From Eledone cirrhosa (lineage: Eukaryota): a stretch of DNA of 64,000 bases. The number at the start of each line of letters is the position of its first letter. The stretch's first letter is position 1. Positions 13,426 through 30,164 of this stretch are shown here, in pieces. The stretch covers positions 23,188,001 through 23,252,000 of the forward strand of contig OZ024760.1 of the NCBI GenBank assembly GCA_964016885.1, written 5' to 3'. The notes beneath the pieces are model-generated. The model made no database searches, was not told where the DNA came from, and saw nothing but the letters and a program-made list of their open reading frames with translations. The translations under genes and the position numbers were made by a program.

Positions 13426-13860
13426 AGATCAAAAGATGGTTAAAGGAGTTCCAAGTATTTTATTATGCGCATTTCAAAAACAAACATCATCAAGCAATAA
13501 TATTTGTGTTTTCATCAGATAAAATAGGAGGACATGATATGAAGGCTAAAAAACACTTGTGGATAGTGCAGTTTTAAATCAACATATATTTTAAATCAAC
13601 AGATATGTTGATTTAAAACGGCACTATCCACAAGTGTTTTTTAGCCTTCATATCATGTCCTCCTATTTTAACTGATGAAAACACAAATATTATTGCATGA
13701 TGATGTTTGTTTTTGAAATGCGCATAATAAAATACATGGAACTCCTTTAACCATCTTTTGATCTTATATATTATGTATACTCCAGTCCTACAAACTGTAG
13801 AGTGCTTCTTATCCGATATCTGCATTGCTTTATTGTACTACAATAAAACTCACCTCCTAC
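13418..13860. mobile_element. Head-to-head pair of family A hammerhead termini in (TA)n
   Basis: 13418-13585 mirrors 13604-13772. CTGATGA at 13672 (+) and 13512-13518 (-). GAAA-TGCGCA-TA. Bulged hairpin at 13779-13805. Confidence 0.82.
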
Positions 13861-14080
13861 ATATATATATATATATACATTTGTGTATATATAAGATACG
13901 CAAAAGATCCCATATCTCTTGTGGAGTCGTAGAGCCACTGTCATACAGCCTGTTTAGGGCACTTTTAAAACTGGCTAAGAACAACCCTCTCCAGGTCTGA
14001 TCTCACCCGACTTTTTCTATGAAGGAAGAATCCACCCCAGTACTGGACTGATACGTTTTTATTGAATATATATATATATA

Positions 14081-14176
14081 GCGTTAAGACCCTCTTCCTG
14101 CTAAAAAAGCGTTAACCTAATATATACCTTCCATATACTGTACCGATTGTGTTGTTATTTCTGTTTACCTTTTACA
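14081..14176 (+). mobile_element. 3' fragment of the family seen at 46712-46895 (-)
   Basis: CCCTCTTCCTGCTA..CCTTCCATATACTGTA..TCTGTTTACCTTTT shared with the reverse complement of 46712-46800. Confidence 0.6.
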
Positions 14177-14191
14177 TATATATATATATAT

Positions 14192-14335
14192 AGGATAACT
14201 TGAACCGTTAAGGTTTATTCTCCTTGGTTATGTCAAAATTCATAAAACACACTTCGTATGTTATCTGATGATAGCGTACAAAAATGTTTCGTACATTTGA
14301 AATATATATAATAGAATAAATATGGTTTTATAAAT
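14192..14335 (+). mobile_element. Family B hammerhead element (partly degenerate)
   Basis: CTGATGA at 14265, GTAC..GTAC stem II, GAAA-TATATA-TA-ATAGAATA. Homologous to 51945-52215. Confidence 0.7.
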
Positions 14336-14350
14336 ATATATACCTATATC

Positions 14351-14386
<36 letters not shown>

Positions 14387-14439
14387 CACGCACACGCACG
14401 CACGCACACGCACATACACACACATGCACACATACATGG

Positions 14440-14782
14440 TGGTGGCTGCCAACTCGTTTTCGAATACGGCCACTACTTTATATCCATGTAGGAGAACCCC
14501 CACCGATGCGCTGAACGAGTGTGACTTCTTAGTCCAGCCACCGACTTGAAATCTCTGGTACAAACACTACACTTGCGACAATTATTGACACATGGTGCTG
14601 GGCCTATGGTACCATGTGATGACAAGTGCAGAGAGATCTCTAGATATAAAGCAATGCCTGTGCCGTGAAGTTTTTATAGTGAGCAAAGGCACTGCACAAA
14701 GCTAGTCCCACTCTCTTAACGAAGATGATATTTACCAAAAAGAACAACAAGTCAACATCATTAGATACCATCTGGGTTGCAG
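14440..14782 (-). mobile_element. Non-coding interspersed repeat; 5'-truncated copy of 58328-58937
   Basis: Closely similar reverse complement of ~58600-58937. Confidence 0.85.
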
Positions 14783-14819
14783 GTACACACATACATACAT
14801 ACATACATAAGCAAAAAAA

Positions 14820-15048
14820 GGGATATATAATGTGTGGGCAATTCAACAAATACATATGTTTATAACTGATTCGAAGCACTCGACAGTTTTTCTGGAGTAT
14901 AATAATATCAATGATATTAATAAATGGAAACTATATTTATAAAACCATATTTATTCTATTATGTATATTTCAAGGGTACCAAAAGTTTGGTACGCCCTCA
15001 TCAGATGAAATACAAAGTTTGTTTCATAAATATTGACATATCCAGGAA

Positions 15049-15050
<2 letters not shown>
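14820..15050 (-). mobile_element. Family B hammerhead element
   Basis: Minus strand reads GTATTTCAT-CTGATGA-GGGCGTACC-AAACTTTT-GGTACCCTT-GAAA-TATACA-TA-ATAGAATA. Bulged hairpin ACTC-CAG-AAAAA-CTG-TC-GAGTGC at 14876-14898. Confidence 0.8.
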
Positions 15051-15129
<79 letters not shown>

Positions 15130-15186
15130 ATTAATAAACATTCGTTGTACTGCCTCTCTGTTTTGTTCCTGTTCAAATTTTTCCAT

Positions 15187-15222
<36 letters not shown>

Positions 15223-15345
15223 ATAAACAACACAATTACAATTAATCCATTACTGGTAAGGGAATATTGCTATTGAGTTGTTTATTACAAAATTAAATAT
15301 CTCTGAACTATACATAGAGCACTCTCCTTCTCTCTACCTTTTCGT

Positions 15346-15392
<47 letters not shown>

Positions 15393-15530
15393 ATGTATAT
15401 TAAATCTATAATATATGTGTAGTTAAAACGTTCGCGCTCCAATGATGTGGAATTGAATTTCAGACACAGAGCTAGCCATTTTTTTGTCAATGCTTTTATG
15501 GCGAATTGGTCGGCAGTAAACAGAAACCCT

Positions 15531-15569
<39 letters not shown>

Positions 15570-15606
15570 GCACACATACACGCACACGCACACGCATGCA
15601 CACACA

Positions 15607-15647
<41 letters not shown>

Positions 15648-15653
15648 GCCCAT

Positions 15654-15685
<32 letters not shown>

Positions 15686-15716
15686 CTATATATATATATA
15701 GACGAACGAATGAATG

Positions 15717-15747
<31 letters not shown>

Positions 15748-16190
15748 TCTTATTTTCCGACATATTTCGAGAATGCCATAAAAACAATATATAACTTTCA
15801 TCTCTGGACACAAATAATACAATTTTAGATTTAGATCCAATATTACGTTGGTTTTTGTAGAATATTTCTTCAAACGTTCATTTGCAATATGGAAGCTATA
15901 CGAGCGTTTATTTCTTTGCATTCTCCAAGATATTTGATTCTTCTAAAGGAAGTCTGCAATTCTATTTTGGATTCTCTCGAAAGAAAATAATACGCCAGCT
16001 TTCTATTTTATTTCACAATAATGGTATTAACTTACGGTCGTTCCCATAATATAATATACATTTTCGTTGTTGTTTCTCTTGTAGTTTAATATAAAATATA
16101 AAAGGTATGATTGAGACGTAAGCATTTTATTTTTGTTTGTATATATATATATATATGTAATTTATTTATTTATTTATATATATATATATT

Positions 16191-16271
<81 letters not shown>

Positions 16272-16589
16272 TCATATAAATATACACACATAATGTATAT
16301 GCATATATATATATATGTATATATATATACACATATACTCATATAAATATACACACATAATGTATATGTATATACATATGTATACATGTATACATGTATA
16401 TATGTTGTATAGGTATAAACGTGTATATGTATGTATATATGCATATGTATGTATGTTTTTATATCTATGTATGTATGTATATATATATATATATATGTAT
16501 GTATATATGTATGTATATATATATATGTGTGTATGTGTGTATACCTAAATATAAATGCTTGGATTTGTAGATGTGCATATTCAGACGCA

Positions 16590-16674
<85 letters not shown>

Positions 16675-16794
16675 GCGTGTGTGTGACTGTGATGCCAATA
16701 AACTTAATAATATAGTGACTGCGCATTTATTCTTATAAACATTGGTGATACGTCATGTTCGATTAAGAATACCAGTAGAAATACTAATCTCATG

Positions 16795-17580
16795 ATGTGA
16801 GTGGGTGTGCTTGCTCACGTGATTATGCGTGTGTGTGCCGACTTATGTGATCGTATGTGTGTGTGCCTATTTATGTGAGTGTGTGTGTGTATGCCTGCTT
16901 ATGTGATTGTGTGTGTGTGTGCCTCCTTATGTGATTGTGTGTGTGTCTGCTTATGTGATTGTGTGTGTGTGTGTGGGCCTGCTTATGTGATTGTGTGTGT
17001 GCCTGCTTATGTGATTGTGTGTGTGTGTGTATCTGCTTATGTGATCGTGTGTGTGTGTCTGTGATTGTGTGTATGTGTGTCTGCTATTGTGATTGTATGT
17101 GTGTCTGTCTGCTATTGTGATTGTGTGTGTGTGTCTGCTATTGTGATTGTGTGTGTGTCTGCTATTGTGATTGTGTGTGTGCCTCCTTATGTGATTATGT
17201 GTATGTGTCTGCTTATGTGATTGTGTGTGTGCTTATGTGATTGTATGTGTGTGTGTACCTGCTTATGTGATTGTGTATGTGTGTGTCTGCTTATGTATGT
17301 GAGTGTGTGTGTGTGCCTGCTTATGTGATTGTGTGTGTATCTGCTTATGTGACTGTGTGTGTGTGTCTGCGTATGTGATTGTGTGTGTGTGTACTTAAGT
17401 GATTGTGTCTATGTGTGCCTGCTTATGTGATTGTGTGTATGTATCTGCTTATGTGACTGTGTGTGTGTTTGCTTATGCGATGTGTGTGTGTGTTTGCTTA
17501 TGCGATGTGTGTATGTGTTTGCTTATGCGATTGTGTCTGAGGGCCTGCTTATGGGATTGTGTGTATGTGTGCCTGCATAT
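16795..17580. repeat. Minisatellite GCTTATGTGATT(GT)n, ~20-28-bp unit
   Basis: Direct reading of the sequence. Confidence 0.9.
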
Positions 17581-18747
17581 ATGAATGTGGTTGTGTGGTT
17601 GTGTCTGTAGGCTTGTTTCTGTGAGTGTTTTTTATTGATTATATTAATGTCTTACTTTTAATGATTTGCTTCTGGTATATATGTAACCAAACTCTACCAG
17701 TTATATACTAGGTTAAACGATGCCCCACTCAATAAATGATCTCCAGTTTCTTGGCTTCAACCGGAACCCATTTGATTTCGAGGTATATTTTATTTAAAGT
17801 AATATTTTATTCCAAGTCTACGACAATGTAAATTGGTATATAGATTTTGGGAAAAAATGGAGGCAACGAAAGTGTTGTCAATTCTCAATTTATTTACCTG
17901 CTCTAATATTTCGGGACTAAAATCCCTTTATTGAAGGTTATATTGAGAATCTAGTAAAAAATCTTTGCGCTTTAGTTTTTATAGGCAGGCCGGCTATATT
18001 TTATTTATCACACATTTTCTATGACTAAATATGTGTGTGTGTATATATATGTATGTAAGTATGTATGTGTATGTATGTGTGTATGTATGTTCCGAGCTCA
18101 AATCCTGCCGCGATCAACCTTTCCTTTCATGCCCATGGAGTCGATAGAAGAAAGCACCAGTAATGCGCTGGGACAATCTCTGGCCCCGTGCCAAAAGCAG
18201 AAAAATTATTATTATTATAGTTGTAGTTTTCTTAAGGCCCGATCACTGGTGATGGTAATGGTGGTAATGGTGGTAATGGTGGTAGTGGTGGTAGTGGTGG
18301 TAATGATGGTAGTGGTGGTAATGGCGGTGGTGGTGGTAATAGTGGTGGTGGCGGTGGTGGTTGTTGTTGGGATTTGTTTCCTTTTTTTATTCGAGCAATA
18401 GCCATAGTCGATAACAAGGGGGCAACTATCATGTATGTATGTGTGTATGTATGTATTTACGTACATATTAATGGGTGGATGGATAGAGTAGATGGGAAGA
18501 TATGTTGGGGATGATGGGTGAGCAAGTGAGTTTTGGATGGATGGAGGACAGCCACCACAAACTCTGGTGGACAAGAAGCCTTCTCATTGAGACATACATC
18601 ACTTCTTCGGTACCTTGAAACCTGCTGAAGAGTGCTAGAGAGTATAATCCCGTCAGCGAGGCTAAGAGGTTTCGGCTTATTAATACGTAACCATCGCTCG
18701 CTTCTCTCTCGCTCTTTTTCTTTTTAAACATTCTCTTATCTACACTG

Positions 18748-18932
18748 GCGGTGCGTTGGCAGTATCGGTAGAGGGTCGACGCCATGCTTTCCAGCATAGT
18801 TACGTCCTTTTACGATCTGATTTCAAATCCCGCCGAGGTTGACTTTGCCTTTCATCCTTACGGGATCGATAAAATAAAGTACCAGTAATGCACTGGTAAA
18901 TTGCTGACCTTGTGCCTAAAGTAGAAACAATT
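18748..18932 (+). mobile_element. Meta-domain SINE, near full length
   Basis: A-box, B-box, Meta core and AGTAGAAACAATT tail. Confidence 0.88.
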
Positions 18933-19029
18933 ATCTTATCTACACTAACTTCAAATATTTACTACTGTCTTCATTTACTTACTTAATGTTGCACGTAACC
19001 ACAAACACCCTCCTCCACATCAGGCCTAT

Positions 19030-19095
19030 CACATTATACTCTCTTTCTCTATCTTTCTCTCTCCCTCATCCCTCTCTCTTTCTGGTCCTTCCCGT

Positions 19096-19138
<43 letters not shown>

Positions 19139-19618
19139 TATACACAAACACACATACACAAACAGACCCCCCCCCCACATATATATATATATATATATAC
19201 GATAGCTAGATTTGTAGATAGGAAGCTCCACATTATACTCTCTCTTTCTCTCTCCCTCATCCCTCTCTCTTTCTGTTCCTTCCCCGTTCTGTCTCTCCCT
19301 CTCTCTCTCACACACACACATATACACAAACACACATATACAAAACGGAGCCCCCCCCCACACACACAAATATATATATATATATATGATAGCTAGATTT
19401 GTAGATAGGAAGCTCCACATTATACTCTCTCTTTCTCTCTCCCTCACCCCTCTCTCTTTCTGTTCCTTCCCCGTTCTGTCTCTCCCTCTCTCTCTCACAC
19501 ACACACATATACACAAACACACATATACAAAACGGACCCCCCCCCCCACACACACACACAACACACACAAATATATATATATATATATATATAAGATAGC
19601 TAGATTTGTAGATAGGAA
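19030..19618. repeat. Tandem triplication of a ~190-200-bp composite microsatellite unit
   Basis: CACATTATACTCTC..GATAGCTAGATTTGTAGATAGGAAG occurs three times. Confidence 0.85.
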
Positions 19619-20044
19619 GGAGATAAAGGATGCGCTGAATCATCTCTTCGAATGATGAAAGTCAAAGGAGAGATTGTCGGCATTTGAACACAGAGAAAAG
19701 AGAACCGGAAGAAATATTGGGAATGCCGCTACGTCACGCTGTATCCATTCTTCCAAAATGTCTCCCGTCAATACCAGACCATATAAAGTGCTATACTGCG
19801 TCATACTGTGTCATATGTTAATTTATCATACAATACAATGCAATACACCATCACGTCATAGGAAACGATTCCTTAAAATATAAGCTGTGTGTCATACACA
19901 TTTACTCATACGCACTCTCACACAATCACTAACACACCCATTCACACACGTTTATACAGACTCACAGACAGATGTAAATATAAAGAGAGTGAGAGTAAAA
20001 CATCCACATACACGCGCGCACACAATGAATCACTAAACACGCTA

Positions 20045-22770
<2,726 letters not shown>

Positions 22771-22772
<2 letters not shown>

Positions 22773-22865
22773 AACCAGTAAGACCCCGACAGCTGAGCTC
22801 AAGCCGTTTCGACGGCTAATTCTGGACTCTATGGTCCACCTGGTTCCTTACCACATTTCCTTCGT

Positions 22866-22867
<2 letters not shown>
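22771..22867. mobile_element. Family C element with inverted 5' part and internal deletion
   Basis: GGAACCAGTAAGACCCCGACAGCTGAGCTCAAGCCGTTTCGACGGCTAATTCTGG (inverted) joined to TATGGTCCACCTGGTTCCTTACCACATTTCCTTCG. Confidence 0.75.
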
Positions 22868-22897
<30 letters not shown>

Positions 22898-23564
22898 TAT
22901 ATATATATATATACATACATACTGTTACAGATACAGAAAAGCTGCCCGCACATAAGCACACACTCATACACAGATGTTAGTTTAACAGCTATCACATATA
23001 ACACATATACATACATAAAAATATACACTCATACACATAAGTTAGTTCGAATAGCTATCACATATAACACATACATAAAGATACATACATACAGACCTGC
23101 ATATATACATACATATATTCCTACATGCGTACATACACATGCACAAACATAGATTCATACATACACAGACGCACATACATACATGCGTACATATATTCCT
23201 TCATACGTACATAGACATATGCACATACATATATACATGCATAGATTCATACATACACACATACACACATGCACATATACATACATACATGCATACATAG
23301 ATTCCTACATGTGTACATACACATATGCACAAACATAGATTCATACATACACATATTCATACACACACAGACGCACATACATACATGCATACATATATTC
23401 CTACATACGTACATACACATATGCACATACATATATACATGCATAGATTCATACATACACACATACACACATGCATATATACATACATACATGCATACAT
23501 ATATTCCTACATACGTACATACACATATGCACATACACATATCCACACATAGATTCATACATAC

Positions 23565-25055
23565 ACCGATTCATACATACATACACACATACACATACGC
23601 ACATACATCCATGCATACATATATTACTACATACGTACATACACATATGCACATACATATATACATACATACATACATAGATTCATAGATATACATATAC
23701 ACACATGCATATATACATACATACATACATGCATACATAAATTCCTACATGCGTACATACACATATGCACAAACATAGATTCATACATACACAGATTCAT
23801 ACATACATACACACATACACATACGCACATACATCCATGCATACATATATTACTACATACGTACATACACATATGCACATACATATATACATACATACAT
23901 ACATAGATTCATAGATATACATATACACACATGCATATATACATACATACATACATGCATACATAAATTCCTACATGCGTACATACACATATGCACAAAC
24001 ATAGATTCATACATACACAGATTCATACATACATACACACATACACATACGCACATACATCCATGCATACATATATTACTACATACGTACATACACATAT
24101 GCACATACATATATACATACATACATACATAGATTCATAGATATACATATACACACATGCATATATACATACATACATACATGCATACATAAATTCCTAC
24201 ATGCGTACATACACATATGCACAAACATAGATTCATACATACACAGATTCATACATACATACACACATACACATACGCACATACATCCATGCATACATAT
24301 ATTACTACATACGTACATACACATATGCACATACATATATACATACATACATACATAGATTCATAGATATACATATACACACATGCATATATACATACAT
24401 ACATACATGCATACATAAATTCCTACATGCGTACATACACATATGCACAAACATAGATTCATACATACACAGATTCATACATACATACACACATACACAT
24501 ACGCACATACATCCATGCATACATATATTACTACATACGTACATACACATATGCACATACATATATACATACATACATACATAGATTCATAGATATACAT
24601 ATACACACATGCATATATACATACATACATACATACATGCATACATAAATTCCTACATGCGTACATACACATATGCACAAACATAGATTCATACATACAC
24701 AGATTCATACATACATACACACATACACATACGCACATACATCCATGCATACATATATTACTACATACGTACATACACATATGCACATACATATATACAT
24801 ACATACATACATAGATTCATAGATATACATATACACACATGCATATATACATACATACATGCATACATAAATTCCTACATGCGTACATACACATATGCAC
24901 AAACATAGATTCATACATACACAGAGTCATACATACATACACACATACACATACGCACATACATCCATGCATACATATATTACTACATACGTACATACAC
25001 ATATGCACATACATATATACATACATACATACATAGATTCATAGATATACATATA
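23565..25055. repeat. Tandem array with a ~226-bp unit built from CATA/CA microsatellite variants, ~6.5 copies
   Basis: Identical ORFs recur at 226-bp spacing (23627, 23853, 24079, 24305). Confidence 0.92.
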
Positions 25056-25445
25056 CACAGATGCACATATATACATACATACATATATTCATACATATAC
25101 CCAGATGCACATATATACATACATACATATATTTATACACATACACATATATACACACACACATACACATACATACTCATACACATAAGTTATTTCAATA
25201 GCAATGATTCGTTGACAACAGCAAATGTTTGAAAGCGTCGCATTCTTTTGCTATGCTTTATGCATGATTTCCAGCTAGGTTCTTTCAATATATTATTGTT
25301 AAAAGCGATTCCTCTGTCTTACTTTGCCATGAATAATAACGTCTAAAGAATGGATTAGAAAAGAAAACAGCACGCAGCGAGAATAAGCTGTCTTACCTTA
25401 AAGGTAGACATTTTCGAAATAGAAGAAATATCTAGAAAAGCCTAT

Positions 25446-25985
25446 GACAATAACAACAACAACAATAACAACAATAACAACAACAACAATAACAACAATA
25501 ATATCAGCAAAAGAACTGACAACAACAACAGCAGCAACAGAAATAATAACAGCGACAACAACAGGAATAACAACACAACAGCAACAACAGCAATAACAAC
25601 ACAACAGCAACAACAGCAATAATACCAATAACAACAAAAACGACAACAACAATAACACCAACAACTGCAACAGTAACAACAACGGAAATAACAAAAGCAA
25701 CAACAACAGAAATAACAAAAACACCAACAACAGCAACATTAACAGTAACAACAAAAACAGTAACAACAAAAACAGCAGCAACAATAACAGAAACAACAAT
25801 AACAGAAACAACAATAACAGAAACAACAATAACAGAAACAACAATAACAGAAACAACAATAACAGAAACAACAATAACAGAAACAACAGCAGCAGCAACA
25901 CCAGAGATAACAACAGCAACAACAACAGAAAGCACAACAGCAGTAACATCAGAAACAGTAGCAATAACAACAACAGTAACCATTA
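25446..25985. repeat. (AAC/AAT/CAG)n cryptic trinucleotide tract
   Basis: Direct reading of the sequence. Confidence 0.9.
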
Positions 25986-26057
25986 CAAAACCTTGCAAAA
26001 ATCTTCATTCATCTTCTCTTTCTATTTCCAATCAGTTTTTTAAAAGTTATTTTCAAT

Positions 26058-27335
26058 GGTTGTTGATGTTGTCACCTAATGCTGTTTTTATTGCTGATGT
26101 TGTTATTGATGTTATTGTCTATATATTTGTTGTTGTTATGTAGTTATGTATATTTTCTATTGTTGTTGTTATGTAGTTACTGTTATTTCCTATGACTGCT
26201 CTTGGTGATGTTCTTTAGCTTTGGCTGTTATTGCTGTTGTTGTTATTGTTGTTATTGTTGTTGCTGTTATTGTTGTTGCTGTTATTGTTGTTGCTGTTGT
26301 TGCTGTTGTTGCTGTTGCTGTTATTGTTGTGGTTGTTGTTGCTGTTATTGTTGTTGTTGCTGTTATTGTTGTTGCTGTATTTGTTGTTGCAGTTATTGTT
26401 GTTGTTATTGTTGCTGTTATAGTTGGTGTTGTCGTTGATGTTGTTGCTGTTATTGTTGTTGCTGTTATTGTTGTTGCTGTTACTGTTGTTGTTGTTATTG
26501 TTGCTGCTGTTGTTGCTGATATTGTTGTTGCTGTTGTTGTTGGTTTTGTTGCTGTTGTCGTTGATGTTGTTGTTGGTGTTGCTGGTGTTGTTGGTGTTGT
26601 TGTTGTTGTTGTTGTTGCTGTTGCTGTTTCTGTTGTTGTTGTTGTTGTTGCTGTTATTGTTGTTGCTGTTGTTGCTGTTGGTGTTTCTGCTGTTGTTGGT
26701 GTTGTTTTTGCTGTTATCGTTGTTGCTGTTATCGTTGTTGCTGTTATTGTTGTTGCTGTTATTGTTGTTGCTGTTATTGTTGTTGCTGTTATTGTTGTTG
26801 CTCTTATTGTCGTTGCTGTTATTGTTGCTGCTGTTGTTGCTGTTGTTGTTACTGTTGTTGTTGCTGTTATTGTTGTTGCTGTTGTTGTTGGTTATGTTGC
26901 TGCTGTTGTTGTCGGTGATGTTATTGTTGTTGCTGTTATTGCTGTTGTTGGTGTCGGTGTTGGTGTTGGTGTTGTTGTTGCTGTTATCGTTGTTGCTGGT
27001 GTTGTTGTTGCTGTTATCGTTGTTGCCGTTATTGCTGTTGCTCTTATTGTCGTTGCTGTTATTGTTGCTGCTGTTGTTGCTGTTGTTGTTGTTATTATTA
27101 CTGTTTTTGCTGTTGCTGTTGTTATTTGTTATTGTTGTTGTTATTTATGTTATTGTCTTTCTGTTTTTTCCTGTTACTGTTATTGTTGTTAGAGTTGCAT
27201 TGTTGCTGTTTTTGTGTTACTGTTGTTGTTGCACTTGTTATTGTTGTTTCTGTGATTGTCTATGGGTCTTGTTGTTACCTAGTGGTGTTTCTTATTATTA
27301 CTGTTAATGTTGTTGTTACTGTTGTTGTTGATCTT
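26058..27335. repeat. (GTT/GCT/ATT)n tract, opposite orientation to 25446-25985
   Basis: Direct reading of the sequence. Confidence 0.9.
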
Positions 27336-27344
27336 AATGTCTTT

Positions 27345-27835
27345 GGTTTGCAATTTGTTCAGTTTGTATAAAAGCCAGTGAATCACTTTTCCTACGATAT
27401 CATGCCTCGACTCTTCATAATGATTGTGGGCTAAGTGTTTACACCCCGATACGCTCTGTGCCACAGTCCCCCTTTCCCCCTCCCTCTCTCCCTCTATCTC
27501 TCTCTCTCTTTATCTCTCTCTCTCTCTCTCTGTATCTCTCTCTCTCTCTCTGTATCTCTCTATCTATCTTTCTCTCTCTCGCTCTCTCTCCACAAACCCT
27601 ACAGAGTGGGCTACCTCTTCCTTGTCAATATGGTATTTCATATGCTTCATTCTTGTACAACCAGTGGTATTCCCTCTCTAGCTTTCTTAATCTAACCAAT
27701 TTTATGTCTGCTGATATCTGAATTCTGTTAACTCCAAAAAGATGCTACAAAGAGCTTTTTCATTCAGGTTGTTCTCCCTCTTTGTTGTTACTTCTTTCTT
27801 GGATGTCCACCTTTCAATACAGCCTTAAGCATTGG
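27345..27835 (-). pseudogene. R4/Dong-clade LINE fragment (CCHC region), interrupted by (CT)n
   Basis: SGCKHLAHNHYEESRHDIVGKVIHW; homologous to 28570-28900. Confidence 0.75.
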
Positions 27836-27893
27836 CTTGTTACTATTATTATTATTATTATTTTCTTGGAGTGGATTGTTCATTGTTTAAGGA

Positions 27894-28082
27894 CGGTGGA
27901 TTGTCAGTATCGGAAGAGGGTCTGACGCCATGCTTTGCAGCAAGAGTTACGGCCCTTTATGGTCTCGGTTCAAATCCCGCCGAGGTTAAGTTTGCTTTTC
28001 ATCCTTACGGGATCGATAAAATAAAGTACCAGTAACACACTGGCATAATTGCTGGCCTTGTGCCAAAAGTAGAAACAATTAC
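27894..28082 (+). mobile_element. Meta-domain SINE
   Basis: Full A-box, B-box, core and tail. Confidence 0.88.
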
Positions 28083-28089
28083 AATTTTT

Positions 28090-28900
28090 TTGGAGTCCCA
28101 GTCATTAATGTTATTTAACTGGAAAGTTTGTTCAAACAGTTTCCTGCAGCCTTAGATATTCAGGGCGTATCGGAGAGTTCTTGCTGTTCCCAGCAAGCAT
28201 GCCTTTTGAAGTATTCCAAAAGAGGCTGGACTAATGTTCTTTACCTATCCTTGAAAACCTTTTCAGTGCTCCTATGACAATCAGGACGACCTTGACCTCA
28301 TGACAGTCCCAAACTCTTTTTAACTCTCACTTTAAATCCTGGTATCGGTTAATTTTCTCCTTCTCCTTTTCTTGCACTCTCGTGTCAAATGGGCAGGCTA
28401 CATCTACAATCAGGCACGATCTTTTTTCTTGTGGAAAACCACCAGGTCAGGCCTATTGTGTTTTGATTTCTAGTCCGTCTGTACCCTGAAATCCCATAGC
28501 ACCTTCACTTGATCGTTTTCTATCCCGACCCTGGCTTATGCTCACATCACTTCTCAGAATGCCGTAAATTGTTTAGTTTGCATAAAAGCAAGTGAATCAC
28601 CTTTTCTATCATATCATGTCTCCAGCTTTTATATTGGGTCTGGTCTAGATGTTTACCCTTGAATACAATGTGAGCCGCGGTCTCCTCTCTCTCCACAGAT
28701 CATACAGTGAGCTAGCCTTCTCCTTGTCAATATGGCGTTTCACCCACTTCGTTCTGAGGGATTGATATTGTGCAGCCATTAGCATTCCTTCTGTAGCTTT
28801 TTAAAGGTCTCTTTTTAACCAGTTCCATATCTGTGGAACTTTGAATTCTATTTTCTCAAAGAAGGTGCTATGAAGGGATTGTTCATGAAGGTTGCTTTTC
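28090..28900 (-). pseudogene. R4/Dong-clade LINE 3' region (zinc knuckle plus restriction-like endonuclease)
   Basis: Minus strand gives CGEREETAAHI, WRHDMIEKVIH, RPDLVVFH, CLIVDVACPFDTRVQ, INRYQDL, QKACLLGTARTLRY. The 3' UTR reads CCAGTTAAATAAC. Confidence 0.85.
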
Positions 28901-28919
28901 CTTATCATTGTTATTATTA

Positions 28920-29262
28920 TCATTCTTTGAGTCTCAGACATTGATGTTATTTAACTGGAGAGTTTCTTCAAATGACTATCAAGCCGCTACCTGCAGCCCC
29001 AGACATTCAGGACGTATCGGAGTGTCCTTGCTGTTCCCAACAAGCATGCCTTTTGAAATGTTCCAAAGAACCGACATAGATTAATCTTCTTTAAACATCC
29101 TTAGAAACTCTTTGAGGTAGTACCTAGTGCTCCAATGCCAATTGGAACGACCTTGATTTCAGGGCAATTCCAAATCCTTTTTAACTCCCACTTTAAATCC
29201 TGGTATCGGTTAATTTTCTTCCTCTCTTTTCTTGCACTCTCGTGTCAAATGGGCAGGCTACA
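28920..29262 (-). pseudogene. Second R4/Dong 3' end fragment
   Basis: VACPFDTRVQEK..VVPIGIGALGTT..QKACLLGTARTLRYVLNV; ends in a TAA-rich tail. Confidence 0.82.
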
Positions 29263-29289
29263 TATTATTATTATTATGCCAGACAGGGC

Positions 29290-29470
29290 AGTGGATTGGC
29301 AGTATCGTTAGAGGGTCGAACGCCATGCTTTGCAGCACAGTTACGTCCCTTTACGGACTGAGTTCAAATCCAGTCAACGTTAACTTTGCCTTTCATCCTT
29401 ACCTGGTCGATAAAATAAAGTACCAGTAATACACTTGGATAATTGCTGGCCTTGTACCAAAAGTAGAAAC
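29290..29470 (+). mobile_element. Meta-domain SINE
   Basis: A-box, B-box, core and AGTAGAAAC tail. Confidence 0.88.
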
Positions 29471-29960
29471 AGGCAATCTTCTCCTGTCTGGTGGCAGTTG
29501 CGAAAAAGGTTATATGGCGGACCAGATTGAAAAGACTGAATGCAGACACTTTTCTCTTCGGCCAATCCCTCATCAACTTCTTAAAGTTTCACCTGGAAAA
29601 GGAGAGAGAAGTGCTGCCCCCAGTACATTTGCTAAAAGGTGGATGAATGTGGCGAGAATGGCCCGTGTGAATGGGCCTACTCTGACCATGCGCCTGAGGA
29701 GAGGGGTGCTCTCCCTGGGTGCCATAGAAGCGCAGAGTGTTTCAGGATTGGTGGGGTACCTGAGTAACCCTGGGTTGTCCACCTCCTATAGGGAAATTTA
29801 TTTTGTCATATTTATACATAGTTTATTTTATATTTTCATATCTTCATTGTTAAATTAGTCTTGCCATTGTGCACTTTTACTCGACCTTATTGTAAACCCC
29901 CCACTGTCCCTGTCTTTGTATTGTCCCCTACATGTCGGCCTTTCTGGCCAATAAATGAAA
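29471..29960 (+). mobile_element. 5'-truncated 3' end of a Tx1-type LINE
   Basis: AVAKKVIWRTRL..FAKRWMNVARMARVNGPTLTMRL resembles a Tx1/L1 ORF2 C-terminus, followed by a UTR with AATAAA and (ATC/ATT)n. Confidence 0.6.
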
Positions 29961-30164
29961 TCATCATCATTATTATTATTATTATTTGTTGTTGTTGTTG
30001 TTATGGTAATTGATATTAGATTTCCATTTTAAATGTTTCAGTCGTAGGTGAGAGAAAAAAAATATTTGTTTCTGTTTTTCAGTTGTTTTTCTTGGTAGTA
30101 ATATTGTCATGGTTACTCACATTCAAATATGGCCACCAGGTTCTTGTTTGTTTATATCAACAAA

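Noticed and set aside
25446-27335. Large inverted repeat of (AAC)n facing (GTT)n
   Set aside because: Complementarity is only compositional, with no unique mirrored sequence.
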